The notes under the pieces: model-generated
What the model was told of the DNA's origin: nothing
Database searches by the model: none
What the model saw: the letters and a program-made list of their open reading frames with translations, nothing else
Position numbers and translations under genes: made by a program
Shown here: piece after piece, positions 45,081 through 54,543 of the stretch
Numbering within the stretch: position 1 is the stretch's first letter
How the letters are laid out: each line of letters begins with the position of its first letter
Assembly (NCBI GenBank): GCA_025829515.1
Contig: GCA_025829515.1_4865.1
DNA from: a phage
Length of the DNA: 64,000 nt
Direction: 5' to 3' (one strand)

Positions 45081-45987
45081 TGTTCGCCGCCCGTTTACGC
45101 TTAGCAGAAATTACACGGTTGATGTAGTTATACGCATCAACGCCGATAGAACGCGCCAGGCGATTACAGCCGACTTCCAATATCTCTGGGGCGTTCTGAA
45201 TTTGCTCCTGCGTACCGTCGGCGTTAAGCCACAGCACTTCACTGCACGTGTTGCACTCGGTATCGAACATTTTACTGATCGCAAGCCCACATTCAGAATC
45301 GTTCTGCATGTTAAGGCGTTCGATATTGTCGAGTATTTTCCAATACCCGTACATGAAGTTCATGACGTGGTCTGGCGATAACGGTTTCGGCATCATCGCA
45401 TCAAACAACAACGACACACCACCTGGACGGTAATGATAGATTGCTCGGTGCAGCTCGATGAAATCTTCGTACCAGCGTTTATCACCTAACTGGTCACGCG
45501 TCATCACACCCCAGGTGTAATAGTTGTCCAGCTCGTACAGCACTTCCAGCGCTTCGTGATTACCACCGTTTACAAAGTTCATAAACGGACGTTCCGACTT
45601 CTTGTAGCCGTCAATGGACACAAAGATAAGGTCGAACTGTTTCAGCAACGGCAGATGTGACTTACGCATCTTTAAACCGTTGGTGTACATGTGATGACGG
45701 AGGTTCGGATGAGACTCCTTCAACTCGTTCACGAAGTCTTCAATCTTACGCTGCGCTAACAGCGGCTCACCGCCCGTCCAATGAATCTCACCGATATCCG
45801 GATTCTTCTCTAAAATAGAGAGAATCTCTTCACGTTGAAACTCACGAGAAGTATCTTCTCTATCCATGTAATAAGCCCCTCCACAGAAGCTACAGTCTAA
45901 GTTACACTTAGAAGTTGCGACAACCGACAGAATTGACGGTTTGTCGTACAGTTCAGACGAGATCCTGGATTCTACTTGATCTGTCAT
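45073..45987 (-). CDS. radical SAM enzyme
   Basis: CNLDCSFCGG (CX3CX2C), IHWTGGEPLL; start trimmed to ATG at 45987 (GGAG SD). Confidence 0.75.
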   Translation of the reverse strand: MTDQVESRISSELYDKPSILSVVATSKCNLDCSFCGGAYYMDREDTSREFQREEILSILEKNPDIGEIHWTGGEPLLAQRKIEDFVNELKESHPNLRHHMYTNGLKMRKSHLPLLKQFDLIFVSIDGYKKSERPFMNFVNGGNHEALEVLYELDNYYTWGVMTRDQLGDKRWYEDFIELHRAIYHYRPGGVSLLFDAMMPKPLSPDHVMNFMYGYWKILDNIERLNMQNDSECGLAISKMFDTECNTCSEVLWLNADGTQEQIQNAPEILEVGCNRLARSIGVDAYNYINRVISAKRKRAANNE

Positions 45988-46009
45988 TGCAGGTTGCTCC
46001 AGTATATTT

Positions 46010-46897
46010 TTAAATATAATCAATGGCGAATAAAGGATCTTCGTCTACATTAGCGCCGGGCACCAGTAACATCGGGTCGTGATAGGCAGCTAAAATTTTG
46101 TTCAGGTCGGCGTGTCTTTCGTTCAGGCGTTTCAAATCGGCCAACGTTACCGAACGACCACGAATCTCAGAAACAGCTTCTGCTTCTTCTTTCGTTAAAT
46201 CCACCTTCGTTAAGAGGAAACTTACCAGCTTACTCAAATCCGCTTCCGTCGCCGGATAATCCCCATATCGGGTTTGAACCAGATGTTGCATCCACGGTTT
46301 ACGAATACGTTTGGTGATTTCAAAATCGTCAGTCAACGCATACCAGACAGAACGCTTTTTATCCCACACGAACTTATAGCTATACGCCATCATGTCCGCT
46401 AAACGGGTGATGCCAAGTTCTTTATACCCCTCGATATCGATGTATGGTTCGGTGTCGAAATACGTTTCCGTATCGGCAGGTACCAGTACAAAGTAGTAAG
46501 GGAACGAGCCCAGATAGTCCGGACTCCACCAACGGCGCGCCATCGGTTTTGCTTCAAGTTCGTCAAACGGTGTAAACATCAGTTCTAAATCGACGCTGTT
46601 GTTCAAAATCCCTTCACTGAAGAAATACTTACCGTCGACTAACACGCCACGAGAGTTACCATCGCCGTTAAAGATAACGATGGCCTCTGCAACCATATCA
46701 CGGATCTTAAACGTATTTTCTACGGTGTAGTTCTTCTTGTCGGTCAAGAAGCGACCACGAACCTTTGGCCACTCACCAGGAATCTGTGCAATCAGTCTGA
46801 CTTTGTCAGCAAGGTGCGCACGCACTGAATCTGGGGAAGATAGATGCAGCGGGTGGTTGAATGTGGTTTTATACGCAAGATGCAAATCGTTTTTCAT
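46010..46897 (-). CDS. hypothetical protein (295 aa) between the peptides and the radical SAM genes
   Basis: GGAG SD; no recognisable motif. Confidence 0.55.
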   Translation of the reverse strand: MKNDLHLAYKTTFNHPLHLSSPDSVRAHLADKVRLIAQIPGEWPKVRGRFLTDKKNYTVENTFKIRDMVAEAIVIFNGDGNSRGVLVDGKYFFSEGILNNSVDLELMFTPFDELEAKPMARRWWSPDYLGSFPYYFVLVPADTETYFDTEPYIDIEGYKELGITRLADMMAYSYKFVWDKKRSVWYALTDDFEITKRIRKPWMQHLVQTRYGDYPATEADLSKLVSFLLTKVDLTKEEAEAVSEIRGRSVTLADLKRLNERHADLNKILAAYHDPMLLVPGANVDEDPLFAIDYI

Positions 46898-46919
46898 TTA
46901 ATACTCCGAACGTTTTCTG

Positions 46920-47126
46920 TTATCGATTCCCCGCTCCACGGCTACAGCTTCCGCTGCAGGACCAGCTACACCCACCATTACAGTTATAGTGAGAAAGCGG
47001 TAAGCCAGCCAGGTTATTTGTGGTCGACACGGTGCCCTGGTTAGCGATATAGTTGTTTGCCTGTGCGGTTGTAATGTAACCTTCTGCCGTAACGAGACGG
47101 TTTCGAATAGTCTTGAGACTGATCAC
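46920..47126 (-). CDS. Cys-rich peptide 3 (68 aa): shared leader plus one C-X3-C cluster
   Basis: GTG start after GGAGG; leader MISLKTIRNRL...NN.AG; core CNGGCSWSCSGSCS. Confidence 0.6.
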   Translation of the reverse strand: MISLKTIRNRLVTAEGYITTAQANNYIANQGTVSTTNNLAGLPLSHYNCNGGCSWSCSGSCSRGAGNR

Positions 47127-47141
47127 ATAAGCCTCCGTCAG

Positions 47142-47546
47142 TTAGGAGTTAGGACCTGAACAACCACCAGAGCACGCACCTGAGCAGTTTGCGGAGCAGG
47201 ATTTACCACAACCCCCAGAACAGCTGCCTGTGCACGTGCCGCTACAACCACCAGAGCACGAAGAGCTACAGCCCGTGCAGCTGCTGCTACAGCCTGATAC
47301 ACAGTTTGCCGAGCAAGTCGACCCACAACCACCTGTCGCGGACCCTGTGCAGCCGCCAGAGCAACTTGAGCAGCTAAAAGAGCATGTCCCACCACAGTCA
47401 TAGTGCGAACGGCCTTGACCTGCGAACAAGTCGGCGTTATTCGTAGCTTTATTGCGAATGTAGTTTTGCACATTCGTGGTGTTCTTTAAAGCGTTTGCAT
47501 CGATCGTGTTTAATCGGTTATTCAGTTCTTTTAATCCAATTGCCAT
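47142..47546 (-). CDS. Cys-rich peptide 2 (134 aa): leader plus about 80-aa (C-X3)n Cys/Ser/Gly core
   Basis: AAGGGGGA SD; leader MAIGLKELNNRL...NNADLFAGQGRSHYDCGGTCS; core of CSGG/CSSS/CTGS repeats. Confidence 0.65.
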   Translation of the reverse strand: MAIGLKELNNRLNTIDANALKNTTNVQNYIRNKATNNADLFAGQGRSHYDCGGTCSFSCSSCSGGCTGSATGGCGSTCSANCVSGCSSSCTGCSSSCSGGCSGTCTGSCSGGCGKSCSANCSGACSGGCSGPNS

Positions 47547-47556
47547 TTAATCCCCC

Positions 47557-47949
47557 TTAGCGACCTGAACAGCCGCCGGAGCAGGCCCCGGAACAACTGG
47601 AAGAACATGAGCCACCGCAACCACCAGTGCAGTTACCGGTACAGCTACTACTGCAACCACCAGAACAACCAGAGCAACCAGAACAGTTACCGCCACACGT
47701 CGAAGAACAGCTACCGATGCAAGAAGCAGAACAGCTTCCTGAACAGCTCGAACAACCGTGAGAACAGCCATTCGAACACGTCCAAGAACATGTCCCGCCG
47801 CAATCTAGCTGTGCTTTCGTCCAACCCCCAAATCGGTCTGCCGCATTATGGGCTTTAGAGGCCACTTGCGCGTCGATGCGGGGGCCTGTCGCCATGTTAG
47901 CTTCGACTATCTGGACGCGGTTTCTGACGTCTTTAATAGATATCGCCAT
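47557..47949 (-). CDS. Cys-rich peptide 1 (130 aa): leader plus (C-X3)n core with 21 Cys
   Basis: AAGGAA SD; leader MAISIKDVRNRV...HNAADRFGGWTKAQLDCGGTCS; core CSWTCSNGCSHGCSSCSGSCSASC... Confidence 0.65.
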   Translation of the reverse strand: MAISIKDVRNRVQIVEANMATGPRIDAQVASKAHNAADRFGGWTKAQLDCGGTCSWTCSNGCSHGCSSCSGSCSASCIGSCSSTCGGNCSGCSGCSGGCSSSCTGNCTGGCGGSCSSSCSGACSGGCSGR

Positions 47950-47969
47950 TACGCTTCCTTAAAAAGTAG

Positions 47970-48005
47970 AACGAGCGGACTATGTCCATAAACATAGTCC
48001 GGCTC
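47970..48005 (-). promoter_or_regulatory. intercistronic stem-loop between the fibre-like gene and the first Cys-rich peptide gene
   Basis: about 12-bp near-perfect stem GAGCCGGACTATG...CATAGTCCGCTC followed by a short T-rich stretch, then SD and ATG. Confidence 0.5.
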
Positions 48006-48014
48006 GTAAACAAA

Positions 48015-49217
48015 TTACTTAGTACCCGCTTCAGCTTGAACATCGTCGCGCGTGGTGAGGTTGTTGTTGACGTGAACAGCAGCCTGCACAACACCTCCAT
48101 ACTGTTTATGGAGGTAATTCGGGTGTGGGTTATCCGCAGCCGCATGGTTCGCCAGATTCTGGTTTGCCTGCGAAATTGCGTTGGTGTTGTTTATAACCTG
48201 AGTTTTAAGACTGTTGATTTGTCCTTGCAGGTTATCAATTTGCTGTTGGAAGTCCTTGCCCTGATTCTCAAGATCCGTGACGCGCTGATTTGTTTCATTC
48301 AGTGCAGACTGCAGATCGTTAACCATCTTCTGTAATTGCAACACCAGAGAATTAAGGTTAGCTAATGCTAACGACATTTTCTGGTAATTTTGAGCAACCA
48401 CATTAAGCTGGTCGTTCCACGCGGCTAACGAAGCCACAATTGCATCGATGCGTTTCCCCAACGCCGTGTCTGCTGCTCTTAAGTCGCCGATATCGTTGAT
48501 AGTGGCGTCAATGGCAGTCTGTACACTTTGAATCAGGGCACGAATCTCCGTCTCCGTCAGGCCATTAACCTGATGAATGTCGAGATTGTGTACGTTACCT
48601 TCGGCGTTGATGTGTGTATTTAAGGCGTCGAGGAAGTCGTTTCTCAGACCGTCCAGAATACCTTTAATTTCTTCCAGCTGTACTGCAGAGCCGGAGTTAA
48701 TCGCATCTTTAATCCCCGCGAGTACGGTAATGATATACTCAAAACCGTAGATATCGCCAAGGTCTTTATACGTCGGGGCGGACGGGAACGTATCGGGTAC
48801 GTTTCGAAGATCCTTGAAGTCCACCACACGGTCTTCAATTTTCAACGACGCAATCGCTTGTCGGATACCTTCGACGTTCGCGGACTGAAAACCACCAACG
48901 ACTTGCGCAGAGACTTCGATATCAGTAGGAATGGCCGAGTTAGTTACCACCACACCCATGACCACTTCGCGGTTCTTGGTCATTTTCTGATATGCAGTAT
49001 GTGCAAAAATCAGTTCGTAGTCTGTGCCGCGTTTGTACGGGTAGACACCTGGTTTATTCGCAGCTGCCAAGCGGAAGGTATCCGCGTAGAAAGCTCCGTC
49101 AGGAAAAGCAAAAGCCCGGTTAACTTTACCAGAACCTAACGTAATACGCCGTGTAACGGCGTTCGACGTTAATGTCCCGGTAAGGTCGAGCGGGTACTGA
49201 TGAATGATTTCGGCCAT
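48015..49217 (-). CDS. tail-fibre-associated coiled-coil protein
   Basis: start trimmed to ATG at 49217 (AGGAG SD); N-terminal domain shared with the three large fibre proteins; long heptad-rich C-terminal half. Confidence 0.6.
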   Translation of the reverse strand: MAEIIHQYPLDLTGTLTSNAVTRRITLGSGKVNRAFAFPDGAFYADTFRLAAANKPGVYPYKRGTDYELIFAHTAYQKMTKNREVVMGVVVTNSAIPTDIEVSAQVVGGFQSANVEGIRQAIASLKIEDRVVDFKDLRNVPDTFPSAPTYKDLGDIYGFEYIITVLAGIKDAINSGSAVQLEEIKGILDGLRNDFLDALNTHINAEGNVHNLDIHQVNGLTETEIRALIQSVQTAIDATINDIGDLRAADTALGKRIDAIVASLAAWNDQLNVVAQNYQKMSLALANLNSLVLQLQKMVNDLQSALNETNQRVTDLENQGKDFQQQIDNLQGQINSLKTQVINNTNAISQANQNLANHAAADNPHPNYLHKQYGGVVQAAVHVNNNLTTRDDVQAEAGTK

Positions 49218-49264
49218 TGCCAAACTCCTTTGATTGGGGCTTCCTTGCCCCATAGCGCTATCTG

Positions 49265-52200
49265 TTAGGTACGGAACATAAGATTGACCTGGATAATATC
49301 AGGCTGTTGACGTCCTCTCTCGTTCACCCAATCGTGCGCAATCGTTAACGTAAGATCATCGCCATCCCACGCCACGATCGGTGGTGGGAATAAACCCTGA
49401 GCGCCCGTGGTAACAACCGGGATTGCACCCGTCACATTCGTAAACGTGTAGCTACGACTGTTCAGAACAACTGGTGTGCCGTTGGTCTCTCCCGGCTGTG
49501 GTAAGATTTGAATCTTACTATCCGAAAGATCGGTGGTGATTGGTAGACCCCCAGCGTCCGTGAAAAGCCAAGAGCAAATATGCTGGTTAGCTGTTTCGAG
49601 CGCTGAAGAACTTACCGCCGCGACAAATGTAAAGGTGCACGGCACGCCTGCTGGCAGAGAGTGCTGTTTGTGGTGCACGGTATGTGGTGACGGCAATAAC
49701 ACTTCTGGATTTTCATCAATGTTAACATCCGTACCTTCCGCCTCGACGTTGTAGAAAAAGCCATCCACCGCCTCCCATGGGGCAACGTGAACATTAAAGG
49801 TCGTTTCTACTCCCGGTGTACCTGGGACGACGAATTTACTTTGCACCACCACCATCAAGTTCGTTGAGGTCGGTGAGAAAGCGGGCGTTGGAATACCTAC
49901 CCACTCCATGCCCAACGATGTCGCTTCACTGTTCTCATCGGCCGTTACCGTCGCAATTGTTGTAGGATGTTTCCAAAACGCCCCCGACTTGTTTGCCTGA
50001 GTAAACGCCGGCAAAGTTTTCAAGCCTTCGAAACGTTTGGACACCATCGCTTTACCGCGACGCTGTGCGTCAGATACGGTATAAAGCAACTGACTATCCA
50101 GATAGCCTTTCGTAGCATCGATCGACAAAGGACCCATCGCTTCTTTACGCAATGGTGCCAGTCTGCCCGTTGCTGCATCCCTTCCCACCTCCACATCATG
50201 CTTATTCTCAACCGCCGCATGTTCCAACAGTTGTTTCACCGCCCCTAATCGCTTAGCATGTTCGACGTTAGTCTCGACGACTCGCGACGAGCCCGTTTTA
50301 ACATACCCGATATAGAGTTCCGTTTCAGTGTCTGGATGTTGAATCACGTCCATTACGTACTTCGGTGTACCATTTTCTACCTTGGCGTGCAGGTAGAATG
50401 TCCGGTTCTGATGGTTTGTTGGAAATGCTGCGCTGAGGTCAATATACCACGTAGGCAGTTTATAAGTGCTCGAGCCGAAACGCAGGTTAACTTCCTCAGT
50501 CACATATACCAGCCAACCTTCGGCTGTTTCCACACCAGCAATGACAACCGATTCAGTCGGGCCACTAAAATTAGGAGCCGCGACAAAATCACTCGACGAC
50601 ATTGCGATACCACCACAATAGACGTAGTCGAGAGATGAGTTGTGTAGCATCACCTGATCACGATGAGCCAGATAAGCTGGGCTGACTGGGGTGTGGGATG
50701 GTGCCATACGTCCAATGCCGTGTGGAGCAGAAGAACGCGTCCAGGTACCGTTAGACAGCGTAAGACCAACACCGTAGTTAAGCGCACCCAAGTCGCCAAT
50801 TTGGCGCAAGGTTAACGTGTGTGGAAGATACAACCCGAACTGAGTACCATCTACTGACACCAGTGTAGGTTGTCCCGGCCGGCGTGTTTTTCCTCCCGTT
50901 ATCTCGCCCAACGTAGCATAACTCAAGCCATAGTCGAGGTTGTTATAGAAGTCAAACAGTGCCAATATCGCTGCGGGGAATGTTACCTGCCCGTTGCTGA
51001 TCGTTGGTTTCAGTGTAAAGTAGTAGATATCCAACACATTAACATTGTTCACAGTACGCATACATGCTACTTGTGCTAACGTGAGCGGTGTGGCCGTACC
51101 AATGCCGATGAACCAAATGGAGAACAGTGCCTTTCCGGCGTTATTTGCGGCAAGGATAAATTCCGAAGCATAACCATTCGCAGCGCCAGCCGGTGCACCG
51201 TCGATGATCATCTGCTTCATCTTATCCCATTCGGCTTGTGACAGCGTCAACCGATCGGCATGAATCGTGAAAGTGCCAGAAACGTTGTGGTAAGGGAATG
51301 TTTCTGGTCCTGTGCAATACCAGCCGTTTAACTCTGTACCAGGCGACGCCGGTGTAACAATGTGGCACATCTGCGACAGATTCTCGTACGTGGTAGAATC
51401 TACTACACGACGATTGTTAGTTGGGCCATACCCCGCCTTACCTGAGTAAGTGGTGTTCGGATCAAACTCAACTTCAATTGCCAAACGGGTACGCGGCTGT
51501 GACAACCAGATAAGTCTGGAATTCGCTCCCAGAGTCAGCGGATACGCCATACCTAGCTCGTAGATAGAACCACGACCTTGGTTTAACATTACCGCACTAA
51601 AACTTCTGGCAGTGAAGTTGTAGTCGCACGACAGGTACTCGTACCAACTCACACCGTCGTCTAACGTTGTAATCGTGACATAAGGCATTAGGTCGCGATC
51701 GTTTGCATGTCCTTGCGAAACGATATACTTGTCTTGCGATGTTGCAAAGGTTCGGTTATTAGCTTGACCTTCGCCCCACTTCCGGCTCGGAATCCCAATC
51801 TCAGCGCCACCGTTATAACGAACCGTGGTAAGATCGGCCACGATAGGGAATCGATCGGCACCTTCCAGCGTTACCGTCATTGAACCGCAATCAACAACAA
51901 AGCTTGACACCCATTGTTTAAAGTTAATAGTTTGCCCTGTAGTAGAAGCAAACCAGACTGTTGGCGTTAAACCAACACGAAAGTTCAGCCCATCCACAGC
52001 AATCGCGTGATTACATTCCGGACCATGGACGAAATTTCGCGCACTATTCCACTTCGCCGATGCGTCTGCGTAGATTTGTGTTACTGGCGCTACCAACACA
52101 TCTGTATCAGAACGTTTCTGACCCTGACGCAAGTAGATATTATCTCCCGACGTTAACATCCCACCTGTTAACACATCCGCCACAAACGTGTTGCTACCAC

Positions 52201-54448
52201 CCAGATTAAGTTCGTTGAGTGCGATGCTACGCATACTCACGAAATAGTCACCGGAGGTAAGCACAGTACGGAGCAGATAAACCCGCTCGTTGCAAACGAT
52301 CAAATCGTTTGTTGATGGATCAGCAACCCATGGAGCGGTTGTAATCACACCGGCCGCGTTACCATTTCGGTAATCGCCCAACTGAACTTTAACAACACGA
52401 TGATGTTTTGCATGGTCAATGGTTCCGTCAAAGATGACCAGGTAGTACGCACCGTCACTGCCTAAGCAGATCATTGCATCTGTACCGGTAATCACAATAG
52501 CAACCAGATTCACCCCAGGATACGCCGACATTCCAGCGGGGTGATAACGTACGGACGTCTGCTGCATATTTTCCAGCGTATTGCTTGGCGACACATCAGC
52601 ATAGGCGTAATAGATAGCCCAGTCACCTGGTGGATTCCCGTTAGAACCGTTACGGAGCGAGTAAACCTTACCAGACTCGTAACGCGCCAAACCTTTCTGC
52701 CAGGTTTGGTTTTTGGTATACCCTTCGTAGTTCCCCTGGACAGGTATAGGCAAGAAGTTATTGTTGCCGTACGATGATCCGCCGACAGTCCATGCGGGCA
52801 ACAGCGTAGCAATCTTGTCATTCAGTGTGTCAATCTTTTGTTCAAGCAAGAAGCCCTGACGCGAAGTGACCATCTTATCCGAGGTAGTGTCGATTGCATC
52901 CCACAGTTTAGCCAAACCTGTAACAGACGTGGATGCGTACGGCACGTTATCGAGATCTGCAATGGTGTGGGTGTGCGTTGTAAGCGCTTTGCCTGATAGC
53001 ACGGTGCGCAACGCATTAGTAACCGGTTTCTCCAGCGGCCCGGTATTGTTCATCTTCTCAATACCGAAATCTGCCGCGGTTAAGGTCAGATGCATCTGCC
53101 CGTTTGAATCTAATACAAACCCTTTACCATTGACTGTATACGTGTCGTCCACATATCCGTCGAGTTTGTTCTTCAAGTCAGTAACAGCTTTTTGGGAAAT
53201 CGCTGTGGACGCCGCAGCGGACGCCGAAAGGTTAGTAATCGCAAACAAACCCTGCACAGTTGTGGTTGCTGCAGGCAGCTCCGCATTCATGTAAACTTTG
53301 TTTGTTTCTTTACCAGAGCCGTAAATCTTCAACGTGTCGCTGGACTTGAAGTAGGCGTTTGCTGGAAGTATCTTCACCGAGGTCAAGTACATCTTAACCA
53401 TATCCGGTGTAACGAGATACACGCTGTTATACACAGGTGCAAGCACACCTGCATCATAAGCGCCCCACTTGTCACCTGCTTTACCCGAGTGAACCCAAAG
53501 CGTGTTCAGACCAGCACTGAACTCCGTAGCGATACCCGGTTCGTTGTTATCCTGGTCAGCTTTTAATACCAGCGGTTTTGTCGAGGTGATAATGAACTTC
53601 TCACCCTTCATGCTGATAACGTGACCAGACGTTGTTTGGAACGTAATCGCGTCGTTATTCAGAACACGCATACGGCCCAGTAAATCGCCCAGGGTATTAT
53701 CCAGAAGCATGTCAACGTGTTTCTGTTGGATGCCACTGGTAGACATTAACGTCACTAACTCTGCCAGTGTACGTCCAAACGCTTTAGTCGCATCCACGGC
53801 CTTACCGAGCACAGGGAGTGCGCCAATGTCACCGCAGGTGTAACCATGTGCATTTTTAATCAGGTGGTGTTGATACATTTCGTCATCAAACACCTGTTTA
53901 CCGTTCTGATAAATCAAATCGGTAACTTCGGCAAATGCCTCATCCAGTTCGTGGGCGCGCTCTAAAATGCCCAGACGGATATCTTCCAACGCCTTTACGA
54001 TTTCATCGCGAAGAATCGCTTCTTCGAGATCTTTTGGCGGGTCGATTGGCGAGATAATCGGTGGATATTTCATCAGCTCAGACCAATCGCAGTTGCGCGG
54101 GTCTTTCATATCCGTCTTAACCAGATACTTGCCGATTTCAGAAGCAGGGATGCGATACTGTCGACCAACCGACAACAACTCGTATTCTACCTCTGTGGCG
54201 TTCAGCAGCATTATGCTGCCGTATATTGCATCGTTCTCAGCCTCGGCTAATTCCTGGAAGTAATGTCCTAAGAAATAATCAAGACCTTCTATTAACTTGC
54301 GTTTGGTTCCGGTTGTTTTATCGGTAACGGTTAACGTTAACCCGATGCGATAGAACGGTGCTTCGACGGGAATGACCGTCGAATAACGGTTCGGGTAAGT
54401 AGCGGTACTGAGGGTACCGTTAAACTGCGCCGCATCTTCTCTCGGCAT
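49265..54448 (-). CDS. tail fibre protein (about 1727 aa)
   Basis: start trimmed to ATG at 54448 (AGGAG SD); T4-like fibre shaft repeats such as TTVQGLFAITNL...AISQKAVTDL. Confidence 0.7.
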   Translation of the reverse strand: MPREDAAQFNGTLSTATYPNRYSTVIPVEAPFYRIGLTLTVTDKTTGTKRKLIEGLDYFLGHYFQELAEAENDAIYGSIMLLNATEVEYELLSVGRQYRIPASEIGKYLVKTDMKDPRNCDWSELMKYPPIISPIDPPKDLEEAILRDEIVKALEDIRLGILERAHELDEAFAEVTDLIYQNGKQVFDDEMYQHHLIKNAHGYTCGDIGALPVLGKAVDATKAFGRTLAELVTLMSTSGIQQKHVDMLLDNTLGDLLGRMRVLNNDAITFQTTSGHVISMKGEKFIITSTKPLVLKADQDNNEPGIATEFSAGLNTLWVHSGKAGDKWGAYDAGVLAPVYNSVYLVTPDMVKMYLTSVKILPANAYFKSSDTLKIYGSGKETNKVYMNAELPAATTTVQGLFAITNLSASAAASTAISQKAVTDLKNKLDGYVDDTYTVNGKGFVLDSNGQMHLTLTAADFGIEKMNNTGPLEKPVTNALRTVLSGKALTTHTHTIADLDNVPYASTSVTGLAKLWDAIDTTSDKMVTSRQGFLLEQKIDTLNDKIATLLPAWTVGGSSYGNNNFLPIPVQGNYEGYTKNQTWQKGLARYESGKVYSLRNGSNGNPPGDWAIYYAYADVSPSNTLENMQQTSVRYHPAGMSAYPGVNLVAIVITGTDAMICLGSDGAYYLVIFDGTIDHAKHHRVVKVQLGDYRNGNAAGVITTAPWVADPSTNDLIVCNERVYLLRTVLTSGDYFVSMRSIALNELNLGGSNTFVADVLTGGMLTSGDNIYLRQGQKRSDTDVLVAPVTQIYADASAKWNSARNFVHGPECNHAIAVDGLNFRVGLTPTVWFASTTGQTINFKQWVSSFVVDCGSMTVTLEGADRFPIVADLTTVRYNGGAEIGIPSRKWGEGQANNRTFATSQDKYIVSQGHANDRDLMPYVTITTLDDGVSWYEYLSCDYNFTARSFSAVMLNQGRGSIYELGMAYPLTLGANSRLIWLSQPRTRLAIEVEFDPNTTYSGKAGYGPTNNRRVVDSTTYENLSQMCHIVTPASPGTELNGWYCTGPETFPYHNVSGTFTIHADRLTLSQAEWDKMKQMIIDGAPAGAANGYASEFILAANNAGKALFSIWFIGIGTATPLTLAQVACMRTVNNVNVLDIYYFTLKPTISNGQVTFPAAILALFDFYNNLDYGLSYATLGEITGGKTRRPGQPTLVSVDGTQFGLYLPHTLTLRQIGDLGALNYGVGLTLSNGTWTRSSAPHGIGRMAPSHTPVSPAYLAHRDQVMLHNSSLDYVYCGGIAMSSSDFVAAPNFSGPTESVVIAGVETAEGWLVYVTEEVNLRFGSSTYKLPTWYIDLSAAFPTNHQNRTFYLHAKVENGTPKYVMDVIQHPDTETELYIGYVKTGSSRVVETNVEHAKRLGAVKQLLEHAAVENKHDVEVGRDAATGRLAPLRKEAMGPLSIDATKGYLDSQLLYTVSDAQRRGKAMVSKRFEGLKTLPAFTQANKSGAFWKHPTTIATVTADENSEATSLGMEWVGIPTPAFSPTSTNLMVVVQSKFVVPGTPGVETTFNVHVAPWEAVDGFFYNVEAEGTDVNIDENPEVLLPSPHTVHHKQHSLPAGVPCTFTFVAAVSSSALETANQHICSWLFTDAGGLPITTDLSDSKIQILPQPGETNGTPVVLNSRSYTFTNVTGAIPVVTTGAQGLFPPPIVAWDGDDLTLTIAHDWVNERGRQQPDIIQVNLMFRT

Positions 54449-54493
54449 TGCAAACACTCCTAATCTGTAATAAAACGGAGACCGCCCTCCCAA

Positions 54494-54543
54494 TAACGGA
54501 AGGGCGGTTTACCTACGGACTACCCGCCCGTAGGCAGTCCGTC
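54494..54543 (-). promoter_or_regulatory. structured intergenic region between fibre genes
   Basis: two adjacent GC-rich hairpins (ccgccctcc...ggaagggcgg; cctacgg...ccgtagg). Confidence 0.4.

Noticed and set aside
47138-47771. Alternative reading frames across the Cys-rich repeat region (Ala/Val-rich and Thr/His-rich products)
   Set aside because: Low-complexity by-products of the repetitive codon structure; only the Cys frame has SD sites, a conserved leader and coupled gene spacing.
47150-47900. Possible CRISPR-like or simple-sequence repeat
   Set aside because: The periodicity is at codon level (C-X3 repeats) inside coding frames; no repeat-spacer architecture and no cas genes.
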